Shown: positions 39,450 through 48,629, numbered from the stretch's first letter. The stretch: 64,000 bases of DNA from a virus (IMGVR_UViG_3300026549_002494:8468-72467), one strand, 5' to 3'. Made by a program: numbers and translations. The notes: generated by a model not told the origin, from the sequence alone.

Positions 39450-40732
39450 TGAGAATCACCGGCCTCGTCTGTCAACTCATCTTCTTTTGCTATCTCTGAA
39501 AAACAAGAAAATAAATTGTTTAAGTCAATATAGGCCATATCTAAAGAAATATTTTTTTCCTTTAAACAGTCTTTAATATCAAGATTCTCTCTCAATAAAA
39601 TTCGAGAAATTTCAATGTATTTATCTAAATCATCTTGTAACTTTACAATTTTTTGTCGCATTTCCGCAACCATATCAGACCATTCAGATTCGTCTAAGGC
39701 AAGCGCCTTCATAATTGAAGCATTGCTTAAATCCATTACTTGCCTCATTGCCTTACATGTTTCTAAATCAAATCCATTTACCTCACCCTCACGTAAATTT
39801 AAGTCTTTTATTTTTTTTAACTTACCAGTCCAAGTGTTTTCACCTTTTTTTGCATTTTTATTGTGCTTTAGTGAAATACAACTGTCCTGTGCAAGACTTG
39901 TTATAACCGTTGTAATTTTGGCTTTACTTTCTTGTAACGATTTAATTGTAGCTGAATTTTTTTCGATATTATTTATATCCGACATGAGTTTAGCAATAGT
40001 ATCATCAATTTTTGATTGTTGGAGAAATCCTCTTACAATAGAAATGGCAGATGATGTACGCATCATATCATCATTAGCGTCTTCATTTGCGTCCAAAAGT
40101 CCAAGCAATTGAGAATATAAAAATGGTTGGTCAACAATTGGTTCATGCTCGAATGGATCATAATTTAATAAACGAACAACATCTTCTTTATTTTTTACGA
40201 AGCTATCATAGGTATCTTGTCCAGTATGATCTTCTACAATCTGACTTTCTGTTTTTTCATCATCATATATTATTTTTTCTTTATAAAAATCACTATCAAA
40301 ATAGGTAAGTCCAATATAATTGACCATAGCAATATTTTTTATATAAGCCATCCAAACATTTGATTTTGTTTTTCCTGCAATTAAAGACTCAGATTCTTGA
40401 ATGCTTGCATCCCAAACTACATTAATAAACGGCTTGTTTAAATATTTTAATGCAAGTTGACAAGACTCTTTTGTAGGAGTGTGTTCGTCACCATTTTTAT
40501 CGACTCGTAGAGCAATTTTTCTCGCACACTCTTTACAGATTGGTGTAATCCCCGAGGTAATCATAGGATCCGTGCTTGTGTAGAATTTGATTTTATCTTT
40601 ATGCTTATCACACATATAGCAATAGCCGTATGAATTGTATTTATCTATAACCTCTTGTAATTCTACGACCTTTCGTCTTGCCTGAGCAGCCGTAAGCTTT
40701 TCCGTCTGTTCTGTCTTTTTTGGTGTCGCCAA
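39446..40732 (-). CDS. Terminase-associated protein (possible small subunit)
   Basis: N-terminal CxxC...CKEC zinc motif; overlaps the terminase start; TTG start with SD AAAGGAGG. Confidence 0.65.
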   Translation of the reverse strand: MATPKKTEQTEKLTAAQARRKVVELQEVIDKYNSYGYCYMCDKHKDKIKFYTSTDPMITSGITPICKECARKIALRVDKNGDEHTPTKESCQLALKYLNKPFINVVWDASIQESESLIAGKTKSNVWMAYIKNIAMVNYIGLTYFDSDFYKEKIIYDDEKTESQIVEDHTGQDTYDSFVKNKEDVVRLLNYDPFEHEPIVDQPFLYSQLLGLLDANEDANDDMMRTSSAISIVRGFLQQSKIDDTIAKLMSDINNIEKNSATIKSLQESKAKITTVITSLAQDSCISLKHNKNAKKGENTWTGKLKKIKDLNLREGEVNGFDLETCKAMRQVMDLSNASIMKALALDESEWSDMVAEMRQKIVKLQDDLDKYIEISRILLRENLDIKDCLKEKNISLDMAYIDLNNLFSCFSEIAKEDELTDEAGDSQ

Positions 40733-41567
40733 ACCTACGACCTCCTTTCGTTCTAAATAAAAAAAGAGCTGCCTATATGACTAACTCTTGTAAATTAACA
40801 AATTTTATTTTCATCTAATCCTTTACCTGATCCAAAACAAAAATAATAAACAAAGAAGTAGCGGATTAGGTAATCACATACCGAGACTCATGACTTCTCT
40901 GACTTCTCACTCATTTTCAAATCAACCACTGTTCCATTGAAGAAACTAAAGCCGCCAACCAGAGTGGTCATACACTTATTCTCTTTTTTGTCCTTGAAAA
41001 AATCTAAAAAATATGATAAAATATCCCTACTCGACATTATAATCGCAGCAACGCATTGCGATTATCTTAAAAAAAAAAATGTCGAGCAAGGAGGTATCAA
41101 TTCCTCTTATGCGTCTATTTTTTTGACCTCGTGTCAAAAAGAAAGGAGTAATAATTGGCAATCACTATATTCTTCATTGCCATATCTTTTTTGATATTAT
41201 TAAACATATTTTTCTACATACGAAGCCATCGTGTGAAAAATTTTTATGTGAAGATTTCTATCTTTAAAGGTATTGAAATTAAGTGCTCGTTCTTTAAGAA
41301 ATAAAACGACACAAGGATCGAAAGGATAAAAAAAATAATATCCGTAGCTGCCAGCTACGGTATTGTTATATATAAGAGAAATAATGCTTTTTGTTTCGGC
41401 ATGCAGCCTATTTGGGAATAGCTTAGCAATAACTATATACAGGGACTTGGTATGCACTTCCCAACCGAGGAACATACTTCAACGTCCCATACTGAAAAAT
41501 ATCCTCAAATAAAAAATTATTTTTCTCTTTGTAACGAGCCGGTGTTTTATGCATCGGCTTTGTTTGT

Positions 41568-42101
41568 TTAGTTACCACCCTCACTCGGATGAGCCAATAA
41601 TACCACACCTTTTTGTAATTCACTTACATAATCATCTATCTCATCTACTTTGCCCGAAGTCTCATCCATTTTCATAACCAAGTCATCTATAATAGACATT
41701 TGATGTTCAGGCATATTACCCTCAACATCTCTGTGTGCTTTAATGTTATATGTAACCTCATTTGATTTGGCATTCATTTTTGACGGTGTATATAAAATTT
41801 TTACCCACATCTGAATTGTACCCGGCACATAAGTAAGAGTTTGAAGTACCGGAACGTAGGTTACGTAATGGTTTTCTTTATAATCTACAAGACCATCAGT
41901 TATTTTGATTGTATCTCCAACGCCATTCTGGTTAGCAAAGCACAAATAAACATCACAGTTTTTTAAATCTATTTCGTTCAATATTTTTGGTAAGATAATT
42001 TTAATGTTTTCAGCGTTATTCTCATCTTGATAGGAGTTGCCTCTTTTTGTAATCATTAAATTTCTATCTTCCGACATTTTTAAAGTTAACATTATAATCA
42101 A
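41568..42101 (-). CDS. BppU-like N-terminal domain protein
   Basis: YQDENNAENIKIILPK...DLKNCDVYLCF beta-rich pattern. Confidence 0.5.
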   Translation of the reverse strand: MIIMLTLKMSEDRNLMITKRGNSYQDENNAENIKIILPKILNEIDLKNCDVYLCFANQNGVGDTIKITDGLVDYKENHYVTYVPVLQTLTYVPGTIQMWVKILYTPSKMNAKSNEVTYNIKAHRDVEGNMPEHQMSIIDDLVMKMDETSGKVDEIDDYVSELQKGVVLLAHPSEGGN

Positions 42102-42209
42102 CTCCTTTCGTGATTTTTATGGGGTAGGGGAGTAAGCATCTTGGGGAGTGGGGAGGGTTGGGGTATATATTTATTCTATGGTTTTTTTGGATGGGGTTTT
42201 GGAACTATT

Positions 42210-43232
42210 TTAAATAAAAGCCTCATCGGCATCCTCAGAATCTTCTCTGATAACATATATCTGGGTAGTTTCGCTACTTTCATGCCCCAAAAGTTTTTGA
42301 GCCGTTTCCAATGCTCTGTGGTCATAACAAACCAAATTCGTCGCCCGGCTCCGCCTAAAATTATGAGGCGTTGTTCTGCGCCCGACGATTTCAGAAAATT
42401 CACCAATACACCACTCATTAAAAGTCCCCTCGCTAATTTGATGGACTTTACCGTTTTTTGTTTTTGTTACAAAAACATAAGGGCAATCATCTTCACCACG
42501 CTCCGAAAGCCATTTCTTTAACGCATCCATAACATCTTGCCCAAATTGAAGGCGTCTAATTTTGCCAGCTTTACTTCGTCCTTTACAGCGTATCTCGTGG
42601 GTTTTATATGATAGTGATTCGACTTCTTGCTCTTTTCCATTCTCGTCAATAATAGTCACCATTTTTCTTTTTGGTTCATAATTGACTACTTCTTTAAGAA
42701 GTTGCCTCGATTCGGCGCGACGGCAGCCTGTCGAATATGTGAATTTTACATACGCAAGTTTCAGCCATTCCTGCCTTTCTTCAAGTACCTTACACAGATT
42801 ATCTATCTCATCAGGAGATAAGGGCTCTTTCTCAAAAACCTTACCTGTTTTGGGAACTTGCATCTCCGAAGTGACATAGTTACGGAACGAAGGATACTCG
42901 TCCTCGTAAAAATTTTCAATGAATTTATTAAACGCACTAACAGACGATTTCTTGAATTTTATTCCTGCTTCAGAAAATCCTCTATTTGCTAACCAATTCA
43001 TATAGCGCAAAAATTCTTTTTTCTTAATTTCAATACAGTTTTTATTATTAAGGTTAGACTTTACCCACACAAAAAATATCCTTAACGCACTGCGATAAGC
43101 TATCAAACTTTTCTCAGAGAGATGTGTTTGATTATTAAGATAGTCTTCAACCATATTGCGATTAAACTCATTTACTTCAAGCCACTGTTCATCTGTTACT
43201 TCATTGGTTCTGTCTGCAATTTTACCATTCAT
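42210..43232 (-). CDS. Tyrosine recombinase/integrase
   Basis: STGCRRAE (R), HNFRRSRAT (HxxR), LLGHESSETTQIY (H and catalytic Y). Confidence 0.92.
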   Translation of the reverse strand: MNGKIADRTNEVTDEQWLEVNEFNRNMVEDYLNNQTHLSEKSLIAYRSALRIFFVWVKSNLNNKNCIEIKKKEFLRYMNWLANRGFSEAGIKFKKSSVSAFNKFIENFYEDEYPSFRNYVTSEMQVPKTGKVFEKEPLSPDEIDNLCKVLEERQEWLKLAYVKFTYSTGCRRAESRQLLKEVVNYEPKRKMVTIIDENGKEQEVESLSYKTHEIRCKGRSKAGKIRRLQFGQDVMDALKKWLSERGEDDCPYVFVTKTKNGKVHQISEGTFNEWCIGEFSEIVGRRTTPHNFRRSRATNLVCYDHRALETAQKLLGHESSETTQIYVIREDSEDADEAFI

Positions 43233-43281
43233 CTTCTCACTTCCTTTTCAAAAAAAATAAAAAAGAAGCAATATAATATTA

Positions 43282-44124
43282 TTAAATCGCTTCTTCTACA
43301 TAATATTTCCATTTATAACCATTGGCTTTATTCCTTTTACCATTACACACAGATGAAATATTATTTGTATTACAATGCAAAGTTTCTTTTATTTCTTTTA
43401 ACGAATTCCAAATGTGTAAAATAACTCCATTATCATCGTACTGAATAACTTTATGCCGAGACATATCTATTACATAAGGATTTATATTATTTTGATCCCC
43501 TGTAAAAAATCTCCATTGATAATCACCTGCTGTTCCTTTTTTTCCATTGCAACATGATGAAATATCACCAAGCTGTATACCAGTTGCATTAGACGCTTCT
43601 GTTATAGAATCCCACTGTTTAATAAAAACACCATTGCGATCATATTGTGCAATTGCTTTAACACCTTTCCCCATACAACTCTGTCTAATATTCTCCTTTT
43701 GTTGTTCAGGCAATTTTGTACCCTTTCTTGCTTTTGCGGCGGCAATTAATTTTTCTTTAGATTCTATTGGCATATTATAATACGCTTGTCTTAATTTTTC
43801 TTTTGTTTCATCGGATACTTTCATTCCAACCACACCATCGCCGCCAATGGTCATGTTATATCCATATTGATCATTCTGTAAATTTCCATATTTAATAAGA
43901 GCCTTTTCAAAATTTTTCGCTTCGTCCTCGATTAAATGTTCTGCAACAATTTCATGTTCGAAATTATCCCATCCATATTTTTTAATGGCTTTCCAAAACT
44001 TAGGTGAAGTCTTATACCCGTTTCCATTTAATCCCCATCTTAATTGAACTGATTGCGATGTAATTCCAACATATATTTTCCCGTTAATCTTATTGATATG
44101 GGCATAAACTAACCATTCTTTCAT
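43282..44124 (-). CDS. Free-standing GIY-YIG endonuclease with two NUMOD1-type domains
   Basis: LVYAHIN...IYVGITS, GYNMTIGGDG, repeated QYD..G..I..W.S..EA...ISSCCNGK..AG.Y.W. Confidence 0.88.
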   Translation of the reverse strand: MKEWLVYAHINKINGKIYVGITSQSVQLRWGLNGNGYKTSPKFWKAIKKYGWDNFEHEIVAEHLIEDEAKNFEKALIKYGNLQNDQYGYNMTIGGDGVVGMKVSDETKEKLRQAYYNMPIESKEKLIAAAKARKGTKLPEQQKENIRQSCMGKGVKAIAQYDRNGVFIKQWDSITEASNATGIQLGDISSCCNGKKGTAGDYQWRFFTGDQNNINPYVIDMSRHKVIQYDDNGVILHIWNSLKEIKETLHCNTNNISSVCNGKRNKANGYKWKYYVEEAI

Positions 44125-44397
44125 AATTTCACCTTTACCCTTTCACCTTACCCAATACCAATAAAAAAAGAATGGGAGAGAGGGGTAAGGTAATAAACTC
44201 TACTCAAGCCGGTAGCTACTCCGACTTGTCCCATTCTTTATCTATATAATTAGCCGCAAAGCTAACTATAAGCTATATTTATTTATCCTCCGTTCACACA
44301 GAGATTTTCTTAAAATTAAATCACCTTACAGGAATCGAACCTGCCAAAACCACCAAGGAAGGGCATATGAACTCTGGCATAATACCAGAGTTAAATA

Positions 44398-44425
44398 TTG
44401 ACAAAATTAATATTTGTGTTATAAT
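44398..44425 (+). promoter_or_regulatory. Sigma-A promoter for small membrane peptide gene
   Basis: TTGACA, 16 nt, TG-n-TATAAT. Confidence 0.8.
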
Positions 44426-44552
44426 AATGTTTGGTATCACATTATGGACTGATGCACCGTGATACTTTTTTGCATTAGGAAAATTTAATATTCTATGTCC
44501 AATCGGACAAACAATTTTTCCAATCATAAAAATCTTATGAAAGGAGGGTAAA

Positions 44553-44711
44553 ATGACTGTTAATGTCTCATTAACAATAGACTCAATATCTGTAATTGTA
44601 CTTGCACTATTTAATATTGTGAAAGTTTTAATTACATATTTATTATGTAAGTCCCCTAAGCTTTCAAATAAAAAAGTCAAATACATTTGCAAAATGATGT
44701 CTAAAAAATAA
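44553..44711 (+). CDS. Small membrane peptide (52 aa), type I toxin-like; paralog of 20797-20976
   Basis: Not in the ORF track. SD AAAGGAGG, MTVNVSLTIDSISVIVLALFNIVKVLITYLLCKSPKLSNKKVKYICKMMSKK*. Confidence 0.8.
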   Translation: MTVNVSLTIDSISVIVLALFNIVKVLITYLLCKSPKLSNKKVKYICKMMSKK

Positions 44712-44771
44712 GTTTCACTCCGGCGTATAAGTCGAAATTGTTCATCTATTATTTTTTCCTTTCAATCCTAT

Positions 44772-44801
44772 GAGAGTCCGTTAACATCGGACTCTTTTTT
44801 T
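44772..44801 (+). terminator. Intrinsic terminator
   Basis: GAGAGTCCG-TTAACAT-CGGACTCT followed by a T run. Confidence 0.8.
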
Positions 44802-44828
44802 GACAAAATATCAATAATGTGCTATAAT
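44800..44828 (+). promoter_or_regulatory. Perfect consensus extended -10 sigma-A promoter
   Basis: TTGACA, 17 nt, TG-C-TATAAT. Confidence 0.85.
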
Positions 44829-45155
44829 AATCTTGCCACATTTGGCAGAAAGGAGCTGCGATCAAATTATGAAAACAGTTTTGAATATGCCCGTTCCCCG
44901 TAGTAACGTTGATGCAGTGGCAAGATTATATTTGCGGAGCCTAACCGCTAAAGTGAGACACCATAGGTAAGATAGGGCACATCTCCCTATTCATATAACG
45001 GCGAGAAAGTGTACACGTTCCCCGTCAGGATTGACCGGATAAAAACGCTATGACGGGTAAGGCGTTTGCTATTATATGAATTGCACTATGGCACGGGAAA
45101 AACAAATATAGGAAGTAAGACCACTAATAAGATGTGATTAGTGGTCTTATCTTAT
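44829..45155 (+). ncRNA. Structured small RNA (about 320 nt) containing a 33-codon ORF (44869-44970)
   Basis: Bounded by a promoter and a terminator hairpin. Stems ATAATCTTGCCAC/GTGGCAAGATTAT, ATAGGG/CCCTAT and CCCGTCA/TGACGGG. Confidence 0.55.
45111..45155. terminator. Bidirectional terminator hairpin
   Basis: TAAGACCACTAAT-loop-ATTAGTGGTCTTA between convergent units. Confidence 0.75.
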
Positions 45156-45166
45156 TTTACAATATT

Positions 45167-45724
45167 TTAAAACCCAAACTTATCTAACATTTTATGGAGC
45201 AAATCTTCTGACATTGCTTCCGAAGTATAAAAAGAATAACTCTTATATACACCATCATCATTGCGGCTTGCAGAAAAGCCATGTATACCATCCTCATTTT
45301 CACACAGTTCTATGCCACAATCATCTTCCTCACAATCTGATATCTCGTCGTCATCATCAAAATCAATAATGTGCAACTCACAATCAGTATTTATATTTGA
45401 TTTTAGTACCCTTGCCGGGCAATTCTCAAATATAAATACATATTTACCGTGATAAAAGGTATAAGTACCATCTTCATTATCCAAACGTTCAACTAAAAGT
45501 TCATCATCTTCAGTAATTGTAAGCATATATGTGTTATCAGCTTCACTGTTTATATTAATTGAAGACGGATAAATATCAGGATAACACATAAATTCCTTTA
45601 CAGCATCCAATATTTCCTCTGTCTGTCCAATAATTCTTACGGGATAATTTTTATCTTCTCTGAAATCCATAACAATATCAGCTAAATCCCAAATGCCACT
45701 ATATTTAATATGTCTATCTAACAT
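45167..45724 (-). CDS. Hypothetical acidic phage protein
   Basis: 185 aa with SD; follows HU. Confidence 0.7.
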   Translation of the reverse strand: MLDRHIKYSGIWDLADIVMDFREDKNYPVRIIGQTEEILDAVKEFMCYPDIYPSSININSEADNTYMLTITEDDELLVERLDNEDGTYTFYHGKYVFIFENCPARVLKSNINTDCELHIIDFDDDDEISDCEEDDCGIELCENEDGIHGFSASRNDDGVYKSYSFYTSEAMSEDLLHKMLDKFGF

Positions 45725-45735
45725 ATGCTCACCTC

Positions 45736-46011
45736 TTACTGATTAACAGCATCCTTCATACCTGAAGCGGGCTTAAATCTGATACCCTTTCTTTCAGGAA
45801 TAGAAAGTGTTTCGCCTGTTCTCGGATTAACACCTTCGCGAGCAGCTCTTATGACTGTTTCGAACTTACCAAAGCCAAAAATTTCAACCTTGCCTTCATC
45901 CTTAATACCATCTGCGATGATTGCAAAAATATCATCAACATACTCAGTTGCTGCCTTCTTTGTTATCTTATTAGCTTCTGCCAATTTATTTATAATATCT
46001 ATCTTTCTCAT
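45736..46011 (-). CDS. hup: HU family DNA-binding protein
   Basis: VEIFGFGKFE...AAREGVNPRTGE.L.IP...RFKPASGMKDAVN signature. Confidence 0.95.
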   Translation of the reverse strand: MRKIDIINKLAEANKITKKAATEYVDDIFAIIADGIKDEGKVEIFGFGKFETVIRAAREGVNPRTGETLSIPERKGIRFKPASGMKDAVNQ

Positions 46012-46037
46012 AATTTTAAAATCCTTTCATTCATTAA

Positions 46038-47399
46038 TTAATTATAAATCTTAATGGGTGTATACAGTACATCTGTCAACCCATCATCTTTGTCGAATAT
46101 AAATGTTTTTGCCTGACGCTTTGAGTCATATCCCTGTTCTACAGTCCAGCGACTCTTTGCGCTTATAGTAGGCAATCTTTGTATTCTCATATTATTTTCT
46201 TCTAACAAAACCTGTTCACTATGTAAATGTTGCAAAAATACTTCCGTAGTTTCTACATCAGACCAGTATTCACGAGCTTCATTAGCTATAATTTTAGGCA
46301 ATGTTTTTACATTTCCATCGTGTGAAAAAACAAATAACGTCTTTCCAAACTTGACATATTTACGAGGTAGGGGAGAGTAATCTACATTTACATCATCACA
46401 AGTTCTAAACCATGCATCCAAATAGCAAGCCAATTTAAAACCTGTTGTCTGATCATGATTACCCGGCACATATATCACCTGAACCGGTGCATAAACTCTT
46501 AGCATCGAAATTGCTCTAACGGTCATATTGCAAAGTCTTCTATAAGCCTCATACAATGATACTTCGTTGTCTTGCGGAGTTCCCTTTGTTGTAGTTCCGG
46601 CTAAGGTATCACAGTTTAACATATCTCCGCCTATACAGAAAATAATTTTATTAAAAGTATACTCTGCTGTACGAGACATAACATCATCCAAAACTTTAAA
46701 GAATAATCTTTCAGCAATGTCACAATTATAAATGTTGCCCGTCATAAACATAGACGCCTGTAAGTTTAAATGTAAATCTGCAAGGTCAATAAGTAACAAC
46801 TTATCACCATCTAAATATTCTCGGTTATCTCTATTAACCTGTATCGCCTTATTATTATTCAGCTTCTCACTCAATTCTATAGCCCATTTTTCAATATCTT
46901 CAAAACTTACTTCACAACTCTTTGGCTTAATAGTTATTTTACTTGAGTATAAATTAATAGTTCCGTTGTTTTTGGTGTAAGAGTTCCAAACAGAATTCTT
47001 GGCTGAAACTAATTCCCATTCAGACGGATTAAAACCGTGCGCCCTTAATAACGTATCTTTATCCTTTAATTCTGTTTCAGATAATTCAACCAGTTTATCA
47101 CTGCTATATGTACCGTCTTTATTAATAGTAGTTTCTGTGCCGTAGCTCTCTTTTATATTGTTACTTTCGCTTTTCTGCTTCCACTTTAAATATTCGGTCA
47201 CAAAAACATGTCCAAACGGTATAGAACTTGATGCCTTTCTTACGTTGTCCTTTGCTATAGGTATCTGGTATTTGTTTATTATTTCGTCCCATTCTATATC
47301 TTTTTCGTGGGCTATTTTATCATTTATATCCTTTAAACAACGTTCATATATTTCAGGTGTAAGTCCTACCTTTTGTAATTCTTTTTCAAAATTAAACAG
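46038..47399 (-). CDS. Calcineurin-like metallophosphoesterase with N-terminal extension
   Basis: DLADLH, GGDMLN, PGNHD, SHDG, HLH motifs. Frame open 66 codons above the track start to a CTG after SD GGCGGTGA. Confidence 0.8.
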   Translation of the reverse strand: MFNFEKELQKVGLTPEIYERCLKDINDKIAHEKDIEWDEIINKYQIPIAKDNVRKASSSIPFGHVFVTEYLKWKQKSESNNIKESYGTETTINKDGTYSSDKLVELSETELKDKDTLLRAHGFNPSEWELVSAKNSVWNSYTKNNGTINLYSSKITIKPKSCEVSFEDIEKWAIELSEKLNNNKAIQVNRDNREYLDGDKLLLIDLADLHLNLQASMFMTGNIYNCDIAERLFFKVLDDVMSRTAEYTFNKIIFCIGGDMLNCDTLAGTTTKGTPQDNEVSLYEAYRRLCNMTVRAISMLRVYAPVQVIYVPGNHDQTTGFKLACYLDAWFRTCDDVNVDYSPLPRKYVKFGKTLFVFSHDGNVKTLPKIIANEAREYWSDVETTEVFLQHLHSEQVLLEENNMRIQRLPTISAKSRWTVEQGYDSKRQAKTFIFDKDDGLTDVLYTPIKIYN

Positions 47400-47412
47400 T
47401 GTAAATCACCGC

Positions 47413-47631
47413 CTAATCTTCATCTGTGCCATCCTGTTTCGGCACGTCAACTTCTTCTTCGTCCTTAACTTTTATAGAAACTTCGATATCACAGCCGTCG
47501 AACACCGTAAATAAATCCTTTACGGGACGCTTTTCACCATCAATTTCTATTGTCTTGTCCGAATCATTAAAAAATCCAGCAGCCTTTAGCGCTGTTGTAG
47601 TGGTTCTCTTTAAGCTTAATGCTTTACTCAT
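47413..47631 (-). CDS. yonK: YonK-like protein
   Basis: GFF...IE...KDL..FDG.DIEVSIKVKDEEE resembles SPbeta YonK; matching synteny with HU and phosphoesterase. Confidence 0.6.
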   Translation of the reverse strand: MSKALSLKRTTTTALKAAGFFNDSDKTIEIDGEKRPVKDLFTVFDGCDIEVSIKVKDEEEVDVPKQDGTDED

Positions 47632-47654
47632 TTTTTTATTCTCCTTTTAATTCC

Positions 47655-47840
47655 TTAATTTTCGTACAACTTTTTAGCCTGATTAGCATACCAATCCTCT
47701 AAATATATCTTTGCGGCGGCACCACGTGTACGATAGTACGCTATTTCCTGACCACGATTATTAACAAACACGTTTCCTTTGTGCTTAATGATGCCGTGCT
47801 CTTTTAATAGCTCAATTTCCTTTTTGGTTACTGGCTTAAT
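47655..47840 (-). CDS. Small basic phage protein (61 aa)
   Basis: Not in the ORF track. ATT start after GGAAGG: IKPVTKKEIELLKEHGIIKHKGNVFVNNRGQEIAYYRT... Confidence 0.6.
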   Translation of the reverse strand: MKPVTKKEIELLKEHGIIKHKGNVFVNNRGQEIAYYRTRGAAAKIYLEDWYANQAKKLYEN

Positions 47841-47926
47841 AACTCCAAACCTTCCTTCTATTATTTTTTCATTATTATATACGATTTTCTTTGTTACTCT
47901 GAAAATCCAAAAATATGAGTATTGGG

Positions 47927-47996
47927 TGCAGACACGAGAATCGAACTCGCTTTATCAGCCTTATGAGGGCTGTAAGATACCATACCTACCGTCTGC
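47927..47996 (-). tRNA. tRNA with CAT anticodon (Met or Ile2), atypical short D-loop, no encoded CCA
   Basis: Acceptor GCAGACG/TGTCTGC, anticodon arm CAGCC-CTCATAA-GGCTG, T-arm CGAG-TTCGATT-CTCG. Confidence 0.7.
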
Positions 47997-48091
47997 TATA
48001 TGGGAATACTATGCCGGGGAAATGAAAAGTAAAAGATAAAAACAAAAGACTAAATTAAAAAAAGGAGATATAAAAACCCGACATAGTATTA

Positions 48092-48168
48092 TGGCAGGGA
48101 TAGCAGGACTCGAACCTACGAAATGCCAGAATCAAAATCTGGTGCCTTACCAACTTGGCTATATCCCT
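48092..48168 (-). tRNA. trnQ: tRNA-Gln (TTG)
   Basis: Acceptor AGGGATA/TATCCCT, D-arm GCC-AAGTTGGTAA-GGC, anticodon arm CCAGA-TTTTGAT-TCTGG, TTCGAGT T-loop, encoded CCA. Confidence 0.93.
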
Positions 48169-48214
48169 AAGAAAGAGGTGGGGAAGAAAGAACATCTTCC
48201 CCCGAAATCAAATA

Positions 48215-48526
48215 TTATGCTGTCCTGCTATGTAACTTCCGTAAATCATTTCTAAAACGTTTACTAAAATTACCCGACAGCCTTAAAACATCGCTTGAAT
48301 TAATATATTCACTAAGATTACTAACGGATTTCTCCATTGGTATAAACTCAGAAGAGATTGTTAGTCCGGGAATAAATTTTATTTTTACATTTTCTCCGTC
48401 ACTTAACTTTTCTCTTACCACTTCGGATAAAGAATTTAAAATCTGTTTAATTTCATCTTTTTGAAATCCTGTATAATTAGCTATACATTCAACAATATTA
48501 TCTTGATTATAATATTTTTGAGCTAT
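48215..48526 (-). CDS. HU/IHF-like small protein
   Basis: Frame extends 35 codons above the track start to an ATA after GGTGGTG. IANYTGFQKDEIKQILNSLSEVVREKLSDGENVKI resembles HU-fold helices. Confidence 0.55.
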   Translation of the reverse strand: MAQKYYNQDNIVECIANYTGFQKDEIKQILNSLSEVVREKLSDGENVKIKFIPGLTISSEFIPMEKSVSNLSEYINSSDVLRLSGNFSKRFRNDLRKLHSRTA

Positions 48527-48629
48527 ATTTATACACCACCCGTTCCGTTTCGAGAGAGTTTTTATACTGTAAAATACCCTCTCCTATGTTCCATAAATTT
48601 GTTCCCTAAATTGAGGGCGCAAAATCGCC

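Noticed and set aside
41200-41623. Overlapping ORFs 41200-41475 and 41423-41623
   Set aside because: No convincing SD or motif, and the region is hairpin-rich; treated as probably non-coding.
44321-44692. Minus-strand ORF of 123 aa
   Set aside because: It is the shadow of the plus-strand promoter, leader and 52-aa peptide.
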